Notes under the pieces: generated by a model | The model's database searches: none | What the model saw: only the letters and a program-made list of their open reading frames with translations | Told to the model about the DNA's origin: nothing | Source of the DNA: a virus | Lineage: Duplodnaviria; Heunggongvirae; Uroviricota; Caudoviricetes | Reading direction: 5' to 3' (one strand) | DNA: 64,000 nucleotides | Virus record (IMG/VR): IMGVR_UViG_3300028610_000968 | Translations under genes and position numbers: made by a program | In this document: one piece after another, positions 62,959 through 64,000 of the stretch | Numbering within the stretch: position 1 is the stretch's first letter | How the letters are laid out: each line of letters opens with the position of its first letter

Positions 62959-64000
62959 ATGTCTTGGGCTAATAAATTTCGTCCAAAAAGACTTGATGAT
63001 ATTGTAGGCCAAAGGATTACAGTATCCAGGCTAAAGTCAACATTGGACAAAGTTAACAGTGATACATTTCTATTAACAGGGACTAAAGGTACAGGTAAAA
63101 CATCAACAGCTAGAATTATAGCTAAGTATTTAAATTGTACCAATAAACAAGAAATAGAACCCTGTAATAAATGTATAAGTTGTAAATCAATAGAAAGTGA
63201 TATGAATCCTAACGTTATAGAAATTGATGCTGCTTCAAATAGAGGTATCAATGAAGCTAGAGAGATTAGGCAAATTCTACAGTATACTCCACCTAAAAAT
63301 AGTTATAGAATAATTATATTGGATGAAGCACACCAACTTACCAAAGAAGCTTTTAATGCGCTTTTAAAAAGCCTTGAAGAAATGCCAGATAGAAATGTAA
63401 TTATATTATGCACCACAAATCCTTCTGCTATACCAGAAACGGTTTTGTCAAGATGTAAAACATTCAATTATATCCCAATGAGACACGCTACCATAGCTGA
63501 ACATCTAGTTAAAATTTGCAAAGAGATGTCTGTTACTGAAAATGGTGAAGAACCAACACCCAAAAATGAATTATCAGTAATAGCAAAACTTTCTGAAGGA
63601 AGTATGAGAAATGCTATCCAATTACTAGAAGAAGTAGCAACGGTGTGTAAAGATGATATAAAACAAGGTTCTACATTTCTATTAGCAAATAAATCAGAAA
63701 TTACTTTATTGAATGAAGCTGTTTTTGTAGCTTTGGAGGGGGATAACGAAAGGACTCTACTATTTGTGGAGAAAATGTCTAAAAGTGGAATTGATTTGAG
63801 AACTTTTATAAATGATTTATTAAAACACACCAGAGATTTAATTGTGGTGAAAGAATTGTCAAAGCCAGAAATAATAATACAAGACCCTACACTCTTAGAA
63901 GGAGCTAGGGTACTATTGGGCAGTAGAACAATACATTCCCACACACTACAAGGTATGTTAAATAATATTTCTCATAAAATGGAACTACTCGCTTACAATG
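62959..64000 (+). CDS. dnaX: DNA polymerase III gamma/tau-like clamp loader; truncated at window edge
   Basis: Manual (absent from ORF track): KFRPKRLDDIVGQ, GTKGTGKTS, PCNKC.SC, EIDAASNRG, ILDEAHQL...FNALLKSLEE. Confidence 0.92.
   Translation, partial: MSWANKFRPKRLDDIVGQRITVSRLKSTLDKVNSDTFLLTGTKGTGKTSTARIIAKYLNCTNKQEIEPCNKCISCKSIESDMNPNVIEIDAASNRGINEAREIRQILQYTPPKNSYRIIILDEAHQLTKEAFNALLKSLEEMPDRNVIILCTTNPSAIPETVLSRCKTFNYIPMRHATIAEHLVKICKEMSVTENGEEPTPKNELSVIAKLSEGSMRNAIQLLEEVATVCKDDIKQGSTFLLANKSEITLLNEAVFVALEGDNERTLLFVEKMSKSGIDLRTFINDLLKHTRDLIVVKELSKPEIIIQDPTLLEGARVLLGSRTIHSHTLQGMLNNISHKMELLAYN

Overview
AT-rich fragment of a large tailed dsDNA phage genome (probably siphovirus-like; host not determinable). 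Genes from 1 to ~58.3 kb are on the minus strand and genes from ~58.7 kb on the plus strand. Modules: (i) 1-5.9 kb replication and nucleotide metabolism (class III RNR, MazG-like, a frameshifted primase, DnaB, Rad52-like annealase, a GalT-fold protein lacking its catalytic His); (ii) 6-20.6 kb a dense RNA island with 23 tRNA genes (several aberrant), interleaved small ORFs, three HNH and one PD-(D/E)XK nuclease, NADAR and macro-domain proteins and a Ro60/TROVE protein; (iii) 20.6-58.3 kb lysis, tail, head, portal, terminase, a Clp-type AAA+ ATPase and a GT4; (iv) 58.7-64 kb three GT2s, a radical SAM enzyme and DnaX. The most unusual signals are in the RNA island. They are: a tandem array of five Y-RNA-like units upstream of Ro60; a 77-nt tmRNA reduced to its tRNA-like domain; tRNA genes that end C-T-A or C-A-A instead of CCA, with ORF start codons overlapping position 76 and stop codons abutting position 1 (mitochondrion-like tRNA punctuation); HNH genes each preceded by an orphan tRNA 5' half; and tRNA minihelices and pseudo-tRNAs. 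All calls come from manual reading and motif recognition; no database searches were run.
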